Part shown: in pieces, positions 27,250 through 39,564 of the stretch
Numbering within the stretch: position 1 is the stretch's first letter
How the letters are laid out: each line of letters starts with the position of its first letter
Assembly: GCF_030684315.1 (NCBI RefSeq)
Contig: NC_081367.1
Coordinates: forward strand, 44,241,853 to 44,305,852
Length of the DNA: 64,000 bases
Origin: Stegostoma tigrinum
Taxonomy: Eukaryota
Reading direction: 5' to 3'
Notes under the pieces: model-generated
What the model was told of the DNA's origin: nothing
The model's input: only the letters and a program-made list of their open reading frames with translations
The model's database searches: none
Program-made: the position numbers and the translations under genes

Positions 27250-27530
27250 CACATGTGCAGCGGTAAAGTCCGAGTGAGTGTTGATCCCTTTACTGGGAGA
27301 TAGCAGAGTAAAGATGGTGGCACATCCTCTTGAAGAGTGCAGCAGATTGTTGATCTTTCTCACCTGGAACACAGCATTGACCCAGGCTGCATGCTAAGTC
27401 TAGATGGCTCGGTCTGTTGGCATAGGATCCTATGCCAGTCAGCAGGATGCAGCACTGCCCTGTCTCCACCATACCCTCCACCAGCTTCTCCAGGTTCCTA
27501 TCAGTGAATTGAGGAACTAGCTTCTCTTTC
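27250..27530 (-). mobile_element. Possible Harbinger-type Myb/SANT ORF remnant
   Basis: Reverse translation KLVPQFTDRNLEKLVEGMVE resembles the PRFSDxxLExLVxxV start of Myb/SANT-like proteins of Harbinger transposons; recognised by pattern only. Confidence 0.35.
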
Positions 27531-27542
27531 TGGTTTGAGTTA

Positions 27543-27734
27543 AGATAACAAAGTGTGGAGCTGGATGAACATAGCAGGCCAAGCAACATCTCAGGAGCAC
27601 AAAAGCTGATGTTTCAGGCCTCGACCCTTCATCAGAGATTGTGCTCCTGAGATGTTGCCTGGCCTGCTGTGTTCATCCAGCTTCACACTTTGTTATCTTG
27701 GATTCTCCAGCATCCGCAGTTCCCATTATCTCTA
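27543..27734 (+). mobile_element. Two-armed inverted family-1 mini-insertion, tail on the right
   Basis: 13-bp TSD ctggtttgagtta/ctggtttgagcta at 27530-27542 and 27735-27747. Confidence 0.9.
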
Positions 27735-28747
27735 CTGGTTTGAGCTAGTTGTGTCTGAAGTAGTGGGCAGCTGGGCTTTAAATATGGCAGCATGATTACC
27801 AGAAACTCTGAGTGGCGAGCTCTTGATATGGCTACCGTGGATCCTGGGTGTTGAATTTAATGAAGTGATTCACAGGAGATTACATGAGAAAGGTCACCCC
27901 AGACGTGGGGGCGCGAAGCTCCCTTGACAAACCACTTTGTCGGAAAATGGGGAAAATTCATTCTTAAGTGCCCAAACCATCTCTTCTAGGCTCAGAGACA
28001 AGTTGAGTGTGTTGGTTAAGGAAGAGGTAGGGAGGCAGTGTGGCGGATGGAGTAGTGTGCCAGTTGGGTGGCTGTTTGTCATGGGTCAAATGGCAGATGT
28101 GTGAGAGGCAAGAATGAGTGGATGATAAGTGAAGGTGAGTAGCTGGGTGAGGTTTTGGGGTTAAGGTGGCACATGTGGCAGTGTTGAGGATGGTCGGACG
28201 ATAGGATTGGAATTCAGCTGGTTGGTCATGCTCAGTAGGGGAGGGGAGTGTGGGCGATTGGGGATCGGAGATGAAGGAGGTCGGAGATATGTATTTAGCT
28301 GGGGGTTAGAGCAGGTTGAAGTCCTCTCACTTATTTTGGAACTATTGTCTGGGTGAATGAACTGGAATCCCCTAATGTCTGCAAATGGAACTTAGAGGTC
28401 AAGCTATTTTTGGAGGATTCCAAAAGGCCAGGTGATTGCCCATTATACATGTAAAATTTCCAGGTAATTGTCAGTACATCAGCACTTTGGAGGTGTTCTG
28501 ACATGCATCTGTTGGTTTTGTCCAGTCTCTCTCCGTCTGCAGAGCAGAATATCTAGATGTCCATTAGACACTGCGTATTTAATGATTATAAGATACACAA
28601 TTACAGTGATTCAAAAGAATATGATCCCAAACAACTGGTGCAAAGAAGGTGGAAGACAATAAAACTAAAAGAAAAAACAAGCATAGAGTGGGGACTGTAC
28701 AGTCAGAGTGATAAGCAATTCTTGTTTGAGGCAAATCAGATTATTGG

Positions 28748-29521
28748 AGTAGATATTGTCACAAAGCATAAAGTAACTCAGCATCATTGTTGGAACTAAA
28801 ATTGGAAACTATAATTGAAGAAAAAAATATTTTGAAGTTGCTCATAAATCTGCTGCAGCGTAAATGTGGGATAGCAACTGAACTGTCAAATTTAGAGGTG
28901 TTTTTGTCAACAATTGTTGTGTGAACTAAAGTCCATGAAATTTCATTGTTGTTCTTTTAGCACTAAATAGTGCTTGATTAATTGAAGTAAGCAAATACCA
29001 AATGAGAAATTGAGGCTAAGGCAATTAGTTTAATCAGTTGACATATGTATTTAAAGAGACAGAAGGAGAAACTAGGAAGAGGGAAACGATGAGAAATGAA
29101 CATGAAGACCGTGCTCAGAGATAATATTATTCTTTTAATTGAAAGTGTCTGAGGCCATTTCTACCATGCAGTGGTGGTTCCATGTTTCTGAGGAACACTT
29201 GGTTGATGATAATAAATTAATGTTGATGGCTGATAGTTGCCTGCATAGTTGCTCCAAGTTCAGTCTAACTATAATGTCCAAATTAAAATTACAACATCTA
29301 GTAGCCATTTATTGGATTGAGCAGAGAGGTACTGGATCATTCATTTATGTGTGAATTTGAATCAATTTAACTAGTGAACTAGGAGGGGTTTCGGGTTAAA
29401 GTGAGGGAGGGAAGTTGCAGATTTACGAGCAACTTCAACATTTTTTTTCTTCAATTATAGTTTCCAATTTTAGTTCCAACAATGATGCTGAGTTACTTTA
29501 TGCTTTGTGACAATATCTACT
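28748..29521. repeat. ~105-bp inverted repeat pair (28748-28853 and 29417-29521) with a 563-bp spacer
   Basis: agtagatattgtcacaaagcataaagtaactcagcatcattgttggaactaaaattggaaactataattgaag... recurs as a near-perfect reverse complement. Confidence 0.92.
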
Positions 29522-30221
29522 TGTAGATTTTAACCTGCAGTTTTACAGAGGTTTATGATGTTTGGGACAGCAACAAATATGAAGATAGAATGGGCAACGA
29601 TGGTTATGTTGCAACCTCCCTGGTCCCACTAACTCCCACAATCTTGCACTCCCATCATTGCTCCGTCCACTAAACAAAGCCCATATACTGACATCTAGCC
29701 TCTCTTGGAACGCCATTGACCATTGTATGCTCAAAACGTATCATCGGGTGCAGCATCCCTGATTGTTTCCTACCAGCAGCCTGCCTGTGTCCTCCTCAGT
29801 CTGTTCTAGGCATAAACTGTACCGGTAACACTTAAGTGAGGTGCAGGAGTTAAATATCGCAAGTTTTATATCAGTTTTATATTATTTCAAAATTCCCCTG
29901 AGCCCCCTCACCTGCAATTCACATTCTGAGTATTCATGAGGTCAGTTTTAATTTTCCCTCCCCCTCATGAACAACACTAACTCTACCAGTGATTGAGACA
30001 TGTCATAGCTGGAACTCGTAATGCTCCACCATTGTGCATTTGGCTAAGTTTTTTTTCTCTGATTTTGCTCTGGTTAGCGGCATTTGTTTTCTTCAAAATG
30101 GATTCTTTGTATTTTTATTACTCTTTACCATCTTGCAGAGATTAAGTTTTCCCACGAGTTTCAGAGACAACAAGCAGATTTTTCTCTGTTTGCAGGAAAC
30201 AAAGCTTTGAAACAAATGTTA

Positions 30222-30935
30222 TAGAAACATAGAAATTAGATGCAGAGGTAGGTCATTTGGCCCTTTTCGTCTGCACCACTGTTCATGGCTGATCATGCAA
30301 TTCCAGTATCCCACTCCTGCTTTCTCTCCATACCCCCGATTCCTTGAACCACAAGGGCCACATCCAGCTCCCTCTTGAATATATCTAATGAACTGGCCTC
30401 AAAGCTTCATGTGGGAGAGGTTCATAAATCTTTGAGTGAAGAGATTCTTCCTCATCTCAGTCCTTAAAAGCGTACCCTTTATTCTTAGATTGTGAACCTT
30501 AGTTCTAGACTTCCCCAACATGGTGACCATTCATCCTGCATGTAGCCTGTCCAGTCCCATCATGATATTGTGTGTTTCTATGAGATCACCCTTCATTCTT
30601 CAAAATTCCAATGAGTATAGACCCAGTTAATCCAGTCTTCCTTCATATTATCAATCCTGCCATCCTGGGGATCTGCCTGGTGAGCCTTCACTGGATTCCT
30701 TCAGTAGCAAGAATGTCCTTCCTCAGACCGGAAGACCAAAACTACACACAATGCTCAAGGTGTGGCCTCAACAAGGTCCTGTATAACTGCAGCAAGACAT
30801 CCTTACTCCTATAATCAAATCCGCTTGTGATGAAGAAGAGCATACCATTAGCTTTCCTCACTGCCTGCTGCACCTGCATGCCAACCTTCAGTGGCTGTTC
30901 ACCCAGGTCTTGTTACACCTCAGCTTTTCCTAAAC
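30222..30935 (-). mobile_element. CR1 LINE 3' fragment
   Basis: Reverse tail tagaaacatagaaa; gaccaaaactacacacaatgctcaaggtgtggcctcaacaaggtcctgtataactgcagc is the reverse of LLQLYRTLLRPHLEHCVxFW. Confidence 0.8.
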
Positions 30936-31914
30936 TGCCACCAGCTATCTTTTTCATTTGGATTTTTATTTGAAAGTTTAGAACATTTAGTAAGCAGATA
31001 GAAGAGGAGCATTTGGAAACCAATAAATTGCTGAAATGAGAAATAATGTTATATGCTGTAATTTCTATCCTTAGTATTCCAGAGAGGCCAAACACTAACC
31101 AAGTCTTCAGTAGTTGCTACGTTCAACAAAATGGAGAAATATTAAAAATAATTATGCTTTTAATAAAATCAGTGTGTGTCTCTTCTGATAAATTAGTAGA
31201 ATGAAATTGAGCATAATGCAATAATAATTTTTACAGCCTTGCTCCCTTTTAAGTTTATCATGCTGAATATTCTAGTGTAAATCATGGAAGCAAAATGAAT
31301 GGATTACCCACAATAAAAAATACAACAGACAAGAGGGAAATTTGCAATATTTTGATGTACAAAACCAGTTCCTATCCGTGAATCACTTTTTCAAAAAAAC
31401 CTACTTTTCAAGTCATTAAAAAGATATTGACCTGAAAAGATGTAAAGTAGCCTTGACTCCATGCGGGTAGATTGCTTTTGAAAACACCAAACTTGCTATT
31501 TCTAAAACAAATAGCCAGAAAAACTGCTTTACAGAATGAAAAGCAAGAATAAGGAAGCCAAATAAAATACTTTATTAAGATAAATGTGAAAAATTAAGCA
31601 TAACAGTGGGTTCAAGGTAATATTACAAAAGTGTGAGAGAGACAATGGCCTAGAATTTCCAATGTAGGAAACTCATTTCTGCAGTGTCGATGGGAGTTGC
31701 ATATTCTGGACCCTGTAGAATCCCTGATGTAGCAGAATCAGAGTGAATTGCCCAGAAAATTGAAAATTCTGCTGTGGAAGTCGATTGTGCCTGAAACCTT
31801 CTGAGTGTATCTATTTCTATTGGAGATTCAGACAGTTCAACTGCAGTTAATAGTGCCCCAGGAAAAGTTAGACTATTCAAGACCCAAATAAAATCAAGAA
31901 AACATAGACGTCTG

Positions 31915-32035
31915 AAAAAAAACACAAGATGCTGGAGAAACTCAAATGTGTCTGACAGCATCTGTAAACCGAGAAACAGATTAACATTTTAAATCTAATA
32001 TGATGTCTTCACAGCTAAGAAAAGCTGGAAAATGG
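31915..32035 (-). mobile_element. Old family-2-like PLE fragment
   Basis: aacacaagatgctggagaaactcaaatgtgtctgacagcatctgt...acagattaacatttt. Confidence 0.55.
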
Positions 32036-32205
32036 TATGGCCAGGACAGAAGTGTTAGCATGGGAAAGATATTTGATTTAAGTGGCAAGCAATTGGAAGG
32101 TCAGGGTCAATCTTATGACAGAATATACTGGTTCAACAAAATTGTCACCCAGTCTGTGCCTGGTCTTGTCAATGTAAAGGAGATCAAACGGTAAGTCACA
32201 AATAT

Positions 32206-33670
32206 GGTAATAAAGTGTGAGGCTGGATGAACACAGAAGGCCAAGCAGCATCTCAGGAGCACAAAAGCTGACGTTTTGGGCCTAGACCCTTCATCAGAGA
32301 GGGGGATGGGGTGAGGGTTCTGGAATAAATAGGGAGAGAGGGGGAGGCAGACCGAAGATGGAGAGAAAAGAAGATAGGTGAAGAGGAGAGTATAGGTGAG
32401 GAGGTAGGGAGGGGATAGGTCAGTCCAGGGAAGACGGACAGGTCAAGGAGGTGGGATGAGGTTAGTAGGTTGGAAATGGAGGTGCGGCTTGGGGTGGGAG
32501 GAAGGGATGGGTGAGACGAAGAACAGGTTAGGGAGGCAGAGACAGTCTGGGCTGGTTGTGTGGTGCAGTGGGGGGAGGGGGCGAACTGGGCTGGTTTTGG
32601 GATGCGGTGGGGGAAGGGGAGATTTTGAAGCTGGTGAAGTCCACATTGATACCATTGAGCTGCAGGGTTCCCAAGTGGAATATGAGTTGCTGTTCCTGCA
32701 ACCTTCGGGTGGCATCATTGTGGCACTGCAGGAGGCCCGTGATGGACATGTCATCTAAAGAATGGGTGGGGGAGTTGAAATGGTTCACGACTGGGAGGTG
32801 CAGTTGTTTATTGCGAAACGAGCGGAGGTGTTCTGCAAAGCGGTCCCCAAGCCTCTGCTTGGTTTCCCCAATGTAGAGGAAGCCACATCGGGTACAATGG
32901 ATACAGTATACCACATCGGCAGATGTGCAGGTGAACCTCTGCTTAATATGGAAAGTCATCTTGGGGCCTGGGATAGGGGTGAGGGAGGAGGTGTGGGGGC
33001 AAGTGTAGCACTTCCTGCGGTTGCAGGGGATGGTGCCGGGTGTGGTGGGGTTGGAGGGCAGTGTGGAGCGAACAAGGGAGTCACGGAGAGAGTGGTCTCT
33101 CGGGAAAGCAGACAAGGGTGGGGGATGGAAAAATGTCTTGGGTGGTGGGGTCGGACCAATGGTATCAATGTGGACTTCACCAGCTTCAAAATCTACCCTT
33201 TCACCCACCGCATCCCAAAACCAGCCCAGTTCGTCCCCTCCCTCCACTGCACCACACAACCAGCCCAGCTCTTCCCCTCCACCCACTGCATCCCAAAACC
33301 AGTCCAACCAGTCTCCGCCTCCCTAACCTGTTCTTCCTCTCACCCATCCCTTCCTCCCACCCCAAGCCGCACCCCCATCTACCTACTAACCTCATCCCAC
33401 CTCCTTGACCTGTCCGTCTTCCCTGGACTGACCTATCCCCTCCCCACCTATACTCTCTCCACCTATCTTCTTTTCTCTCCATCTTCGGTCCGCCTCCCCC
33501 TCTCTCCCTATTTATTCCAGAACCCTCACCCCATCCCCCTCTCTGATGAAGGGTCTAGGCCCGAAACGTCAGCTTGTGTGCTCCTGAGATGCTGCTTGGC
33601 CTGCTGTGTTCATCCAGCCTCACATTTTGTTGTCTTGGATTCTCCAGCATCTGCAGTTCCCATTATCTTT
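32206..33670 (+). mobile_element. Large two-armed inverted PLE (Neptune-like): left arm 32206-33155 (-, tail-less, with GIY-YIG), right arm 33156-33670 (+, tailed)
   Basis: Left arm encodes CNRRKCYTCP...VVYCIHCTRCGFLYIGETKQRLGDRFAEHL; junction gtcgga|ccaatggtatc; no TSD visible. Confidence 0.9.
33541..33572 (+). ncRNA. Minimal hammerhead ribozyme motif in the PLE 3' repeat
   Basis: CU-CUGAUGA-A-GGGU(CUAG)GCCC-GAAA-CG-UC^AG; the same motif occurs at 37498, 41788 and 52518. Confidence 0.7.
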
Positions 33671-35823
33671 GCTTAGATTGTATGTTTGGGTCTTGGACAG
33701 TGAGGAGAGAGGAGGTGAAAAGGAAAGAGGATTTCCCCATACTTCCCTCTCCCCATCATCACAATTGACAAGATCCTCAACCATGTCCAGCCCATTTCCT
33801 ACAATTCTATCCTCCTCTACAAGGGCACAATTACATTTAATGTGCATTGCATTTCTGTGGGGTCCGTGATTGGAATCACCAGCCAGAAATGCAGAGCTCA
33901 CTGTTCCTGTTATAACTAGCATCTAATTATGATTGCCACATCTCTCAAATTTAGTCCCATTTATGAGATACTGAAAAATAAATGAATACGAGTGGAGTGT
34001 TTATCTTTATGCAAGATTGTGACCCAGATATTACTTGGTAATTCAGGTTTAGAAATAATTGATATTGCAGTAAAAATCTGTTAGTGTCTCTGGTTGTAAT
34101 TTTGATTTAGTGTCTGAACTGCAAACAACAACAATCCATCAAAGGGGATGGGAGTTTTCAGAACCAGCCTTTATTGTGGTCGTTAAAAGTGTAATTCTGT
34201 GATGTTTGAGTTCTTGAGAACATAGGATATAGAACAGTACTGCACAATGCAGGCCCTTCAGCCCGCGATGTTGTGCCAACCTATTATCCTACTCTAAGAT
34301 CAAACTACCCTGCATACCCTTCATTTTACTATCATCCATGTGCCTATCCAAGAGCCGCTTAAATGTCCCTCATGTATCTGACTCTGCTACCACCACTGAC
34401 AGTGCATTCCACGTACCCAACACTCTGTGTAAAGAACCTACCTCTGACATCTCCCCTATTCCTTCCTCCAATTACATTAAAATTATGCCCCCGTGTAACA
34501 GTCATTTCCGCCCTGGGAAAAAGTCTGACTATCCACTCTGTCTATGCCTCTCATCATCTTGTAAAATTCTATCAAGTCAACTCTCATCCTCCTTCGCTTC
34601 AATGAGAAAAACCCTAGCTCCCTCAACCTTTCTGCATAAGATCTGCCCTCCAGTCCAGGCAGTGTTCTGGTAAATCTCCTCTGCGCCGTCTCTAAAGCTT
34701 CCGCATCCTTCCTATAATAAGGCGACCAGAGTGAATACACTATTCCAAGTGTGGTCTAAACAGAGTTTTATAGAGTTACAGCATAACCTTGTGGCTCTTA
34801 AATTCAACCCCCCTGCCAATGACAGCCAACACACCATACGCCTTCTTAACAACTCTATCAGCTTGGGTGGCAACATTGAGGGATCTATGGATGTGGACCC
34901 CAAGATCTCTCTTTCCTCCACACTGCCATTAATCCTGTATTCTGCATTCAAATTTTACCTTCCAGAATGAATCGCTTCACACTTTTCTGGGTTGAATGTC
35001 ATCTGCCACTTTGCCCAGCTCTGCATCCAGTCAATATCCTATTGCAACCCGCAACAGCCCTCCACACTATCCGCAGCTCCACCAACTTTTATGTCATTAG
35101 CAAACTTACTAAACCACCCTTCCATTTCCTGATCCAAGTCACTTATAAAAATCACAAAGAGCAGAGGTCCCACAACAGATCCCTGTGGAACACCACTGGT
35201 CACCAAGCTCCAAGCTGAATACTTCCCATCTACTACCACCCTCCGTCTTCTGTTGGACAGCCAGTTCTCTATCCAGACAGCCAAGGTTCCCTGAATTCCA
35301 TGCCTCCTTACTTTCTGAATGAGCCTACCATGGGGAACCTTATTAGATGCCTTTCTAAAATCCATATGTACCACATCCACTGCTCAACCTTCGTCAATGT
35401 ATTTTGTCACATCCTCAGAATTCAATAACACTTGTGAGGCATGTCCTGCCCCTCACAGAGCCATGCTGACTATTTCCAATCAAACAATGCTTTTCCAAGT
35501 AATCATAAATAATATCTCTCAGAATCCTCTCCAATAATTTCCCCACCACAAAAGTAAGAATGCTCTGTAATTCCCAAGGGTTATCCAAATTCTCTCTCTC
35601 GAACAAGGGAATGACATTTGCCACCCTCCAGTCATTTGGTACTACTCCAGTGGGCAGTGAGGATGCAAAGATCATTGCCAAAGGCGCAGCACTCTCTTTC
35701 CTCCCTTCCCATGGTAACCTTGGGTATATCCTGTCCGGCCCTTCTATCCTTATGTATTTCAAAATTTCTGGCACATCCTCCGTCCTAACATCAACCTGTT
35801 CGAGCATATCAGCCTGTTTCATA

Positions 35824-37607
35824 GATAATAAAATGTGAGGCTGGATGAACACAGCAGGCCCAGCAGCATCTCAGGAGCACAAAAGCTGACATTTCGGGCC
35901 TAGACCCTTCATCAGAGATGGGGATGGGCTAAGGGTTCTGGAATAAATAGGGAGAGAGGGGGAGGCGGACTGAAGATGGAGAGAAAAGAAGATAGGTGAA
36001 GAGGAGAGTATAGGTGGGGAGGTAGGGAGGGGATAGGTCAGTCCAGGGAAGACAGACAGGTCAAGGAGGTGGGATGAGGTTAGTAGATAGGAAATTGAGG
36101 TGCGGCTTGGGGTGGGAGAAAGGGATGGGTGAGAGGAAGAACAGGTTAGGGAAGCAGAGACAGGTTGGACTGGTTTTGGGATGCAGTGGGTGGAGGGGAA
36201 GAGCTGGGCTGGTTGTGTGGTGCAGTGGGGGGAGGGGACGAACTGGGCTGGTTGTGGGATGCGATAGGGAAGGGTAGATTTTGAAGCTGGTGAATTCCAC
36301 ATTGATACCATTGGGCTGCAGGGTTCCCAAGCAAAATATGAGTTGCTGTTCCTGCAACCTTCGCGTGGCATCATTGTGGCACTGCAGGAGGCCCATGATG
36401 GACATGTCATCTGAAGAATGGGTGGGGGAGTTAAAATGGTTTGCAACTGGGAGGTGCAGTTGTTTATTGCGAACCGAGCGGAGGTGTTCCGCAAAGCGGT
36501 CCCCAAGCCTTTGCTTGGTTTCCCCAATGTAGAGGAAGCCACACTGGGTACAGTGGATGCAGTATACCACATTGGCAGATGTGCAGGTGAACCTCTGCTT
36601 AATATGGAAAGTCATCTTGGGGCCTGGGATAGGCGTGAGGGAGGATGCCCTTGTCTGCTTTCCGGAGAGACCACTGTCTCCGTGACTCCCTTGTTCGCTC
36701 CACGCTGCCCTCCAACCCCACCACACCTGGCACCTTCCCCTGCAACCGCAGGAAATGCTACACCTGCCCCCACACCTCCTTCCTCACCCCTATCCCAGGC
36801 CCCAAGATGACTTTCCATATTAAGCAGAGGTTCACCTGCACATCTGCCAATGTGGTATACTGTATCCACTGTACCCGGTGTGGCTTCCTCTACATTGGGG
36901 AAACCAAGCGGAAGCTTGGGGACCGCTTTGCAGAACACCTCCGCTCGTTTCGCAACAAACAACTGCAGCTCCCAGTCGCAAACCATTTCCACTCCCCCTC
37001 CCATTCTCTAGATGACATGTCCATCATGGGCCTCCTACAGTGCCACAATGATGCCACCCGAAGGTTGCAGGAACAGCAACTCATATTCCGCTTGGGAACC
37101 CTGCAGCCCAATGGTATCAATGTGAACTTCACCAGCTTCAAAATCTCCCCTTTCCCCCACCGCATCCCACAACCAGCCCAGTTCGTCCCCTTCCCCCACT
37201 GCACCACACAACCAGCCCAGCTCTTCCCCACCACCCACTGCATCCCAAAACCAGTCCAACCTGTCTCTGCCTCCCTAACCGGTTCTTCCTCTCACCCATC
37301 CCTTCCTCCCACCCCAAGCCGCACCTCCATCTCCTACTACTAACCTCATCCCACCTCCTTGACCTGTCCGTCTTCCCTGGACTGACCTATATTCTCCCCA
37401 CCTATACTCTCCTTTCCACCTATCTTCTTTTCTCTCCATCTTCAGTTTGCGTCCCCCTCTCTCCGTATTTATTCCAGAACCCTCACCCCATCCCCATCTC
37501 TGATGAAGGGTCTAGGCCCGAAACGTCAGCTTTTGTGCTCCTGAGATGCTGCTGGGCCTGCTGTGTTCATCCAGCCTCACATTTTATTACCTCAGATTCT
37601 CCAGCAT
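35824..37607 (+). mobile_element. Large two-armed inverted PLE inside CR1: left arm 35824-36645 (-, tail-less), right arm ~36647-37607 (+, tail runs into the gap)
   Basis: Both arms encode the GIY-YIG domain (ORFs 36061-36726 - and 36645-37343 +). Confidence 0.9.
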
Positions 37608-37739
37608 NNNNNNNNNNNNNNNNNNNNNNNNNNNNNNNNNNNNNNNNNNNNNNNNNNNNNNNNNNNNNNNNNNNNNNNNNNNNNNNNNNNNNNNNNNNNN
37701 NNNNNNNNNNNNNNNNNNNNNNNNNNNNNNNNNNNNNNN
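37608..37739. other. Assembly gap (132 N)
   Basis: Run of N. Confidence 0.99.
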
Positions 37740-38562
37740 GTCCTCACAAATGTCCAGGTCCCTCTCACTGGTGAATACTGAAGCAAAATATTCATTAAGG
37801 ACCTCCTCACCCTTCTCCGACTCCAGGCACAAGCTCCCTCCACTATCCCTGATCGGCCCTACTCTCACTCTGGCTATCCTCTTGTTCCTCACTTAAGCAT
37901 AGAATGCCTTGGGGTTTATTTTAATCCTACCTGCCAAAGTTTTTCATGCCCCCTTCTAGGTCTCCTAAGTCCATTCCTCAATTCTTTCCTGGCTACCTTT
38001 GTAAACTTCAAGACCCCTGTCTGATCCTTGTTTCTGCAACCTTAAGTTTCTTCCCGTTGACTGTTCCATCTGTCTTGTCATCTAAGGTTCCTTCACCTTA
38101 TCATCTCTTCCTTGCCTCAGTGGGACAAACCTATCCAGAACTTGTAGCAAGTGCTCCCTAAACAACCTCCACGTTTCTGTTGTGCATTTCCCTGAGAACA
38201 TCTGTTCCCAATTTATGCTCCACAGCTCCTGCCTACTAACATTGTAATTCCCCCTCCCCCAATTAAATACTTTCCCATACCATCTGCTCCTATCCCTCTC
38301 CATGATTATAATAAAGGTCAGTCAGTTGTGATTTCTATCGCCATAATGCTCTCCCACCGACAGATCTGACACCTGGCCTGGTTTATTGCCAAGCACCAAA
38401 CCTAATATGGCCTCCCCTCTAGTTGGCCTATCTACATATTGAGTCAGAAATCCTTCCTGGACACACCTGACAAAATCTTCTCCATCCAAACTGTTTGCAC
38501 TTCGGAGGTTCGAGTTGATGTTAGGGAAGTTGAAGTCACCCATGACAACAACGCTATTACTT

Positions 38563-39228
38563 GATAATAAAATGTGAGGCTGGATGAACACAGCAGGCCA
38601 AGCAGCATCTCAGGAGCACAAAAGCTGACGTTTCGGGCCTAGACCCTTCATCAGAGAGGGGGATGGGGGGAGGGAACTGGAATAAATAGGGAGAGAGGGG
38701 GAGGCGGACCGAAGATGGAGAGTAAAGAAGATAGGTGGAGAGGGTGTAGGTGGGGAGGTAGGGAGGGGATAGGTCAGTCCAGGGAAGACGGACAGGTCAA
38801 GGAGGTGGGATGAGGTTAGTAGGTAGCTGGGGGTGCGGCTTGGGGTGGGAGGAAGGGATGGGTGAGAGGAAGAACCGGTTAGGGAGGCAGAGACAGGTTG
38901 GACTGGTTTTGGGATGCAGTGGGTGGGGGGGGAAGAGCTGGGCTGGTTGTGTGGTGCAGTGGGGGGAGGGGATGAACTGGGCTGGTTTAGGGATGCAGTG
39001 GGGGAAGGGGAGATTTTGAAACTGGTGAAGTCCACATTGATACCATATGGCTGCAGGGTTCCCAGGCGGAATATGAGTTGCTGTTCCTGCAACCTTCGGG
39101 TGGCATCATTGTGGCAGTGCAGGAGGCCCATGATGGACATGTCATCAAGAGAATGGGAGGGGGAGTGGAAATGGTTTGCGACTGGGAGGTACAGTTGTTT
39201 GTTGCGAACTGAACGGAGGTGTTCAGCA
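38563..39228 (-). mobile_element. Single-arm tail-less PLE inside CR1
   Basis: Starts gataataaaatgtgagg; encodes AEHLRSVRNKQL...EQQLIFRLGTLQPYGINV; 7-bp duplication attactt at 38556-38562 and 39229-39235. Confidence 0.9.
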
Positions 39229-39564
39229 ATTACTTCTGCACCTTTCCAAAAGCTGCTTCCCAATCTGTTCCTCTGTTGAAGATCTTTATAAGTAAGATTT
39301 TCAAAAAGGTGAAGCGTGCAGAGAAAGGCTGGATTGAATCTGCTTTCATTCACAAATCTCTTATTAAAGTATGTAAGGATCAACTGAATTTTGTATGCTG
39401 ATCTTTTTGGTTATTTGTACTAAATATTTCCTACCATGTTTTATTTATTTTAAATTTATTGACTGTAGGACAGAATATTGATATATTACCCATTCAGAAG
39501 TGATAGCATTGTCATTCATACAACACTACTATGAGAAAAGTCATTGAGTGTTTCTGCATTCAGA

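Larger units (their letters stand above)
34217..39275 (-). mobile_element. CR1 LINE ORF2 remnant split by two PLE insertions and a gap
   Basis: DVVHMDFRKASNKVPH, VTSGVPQGSVVGP, KFANDIK, VPNDWRVANVIPLF, LNEYFASVFT and endonuclease VVMGDFNFPNI. Segments 34217-35823, 37740-38562 and 39229-39275 are collinear. Confidence 0.92.

Noticed and set aside
28557-28799. ORF with RRWKTIKLKEK as a Myb/SANT-like fragment
   Set aside because: The resemblance is limited to a few residues, with no other supporting motif.
32443-37343. Long overlapping ORFs (up to 304 aa) as host genes
   Set aside because: They are sense, antisense or chimeric frames of PLE arms running across inversion junctions.
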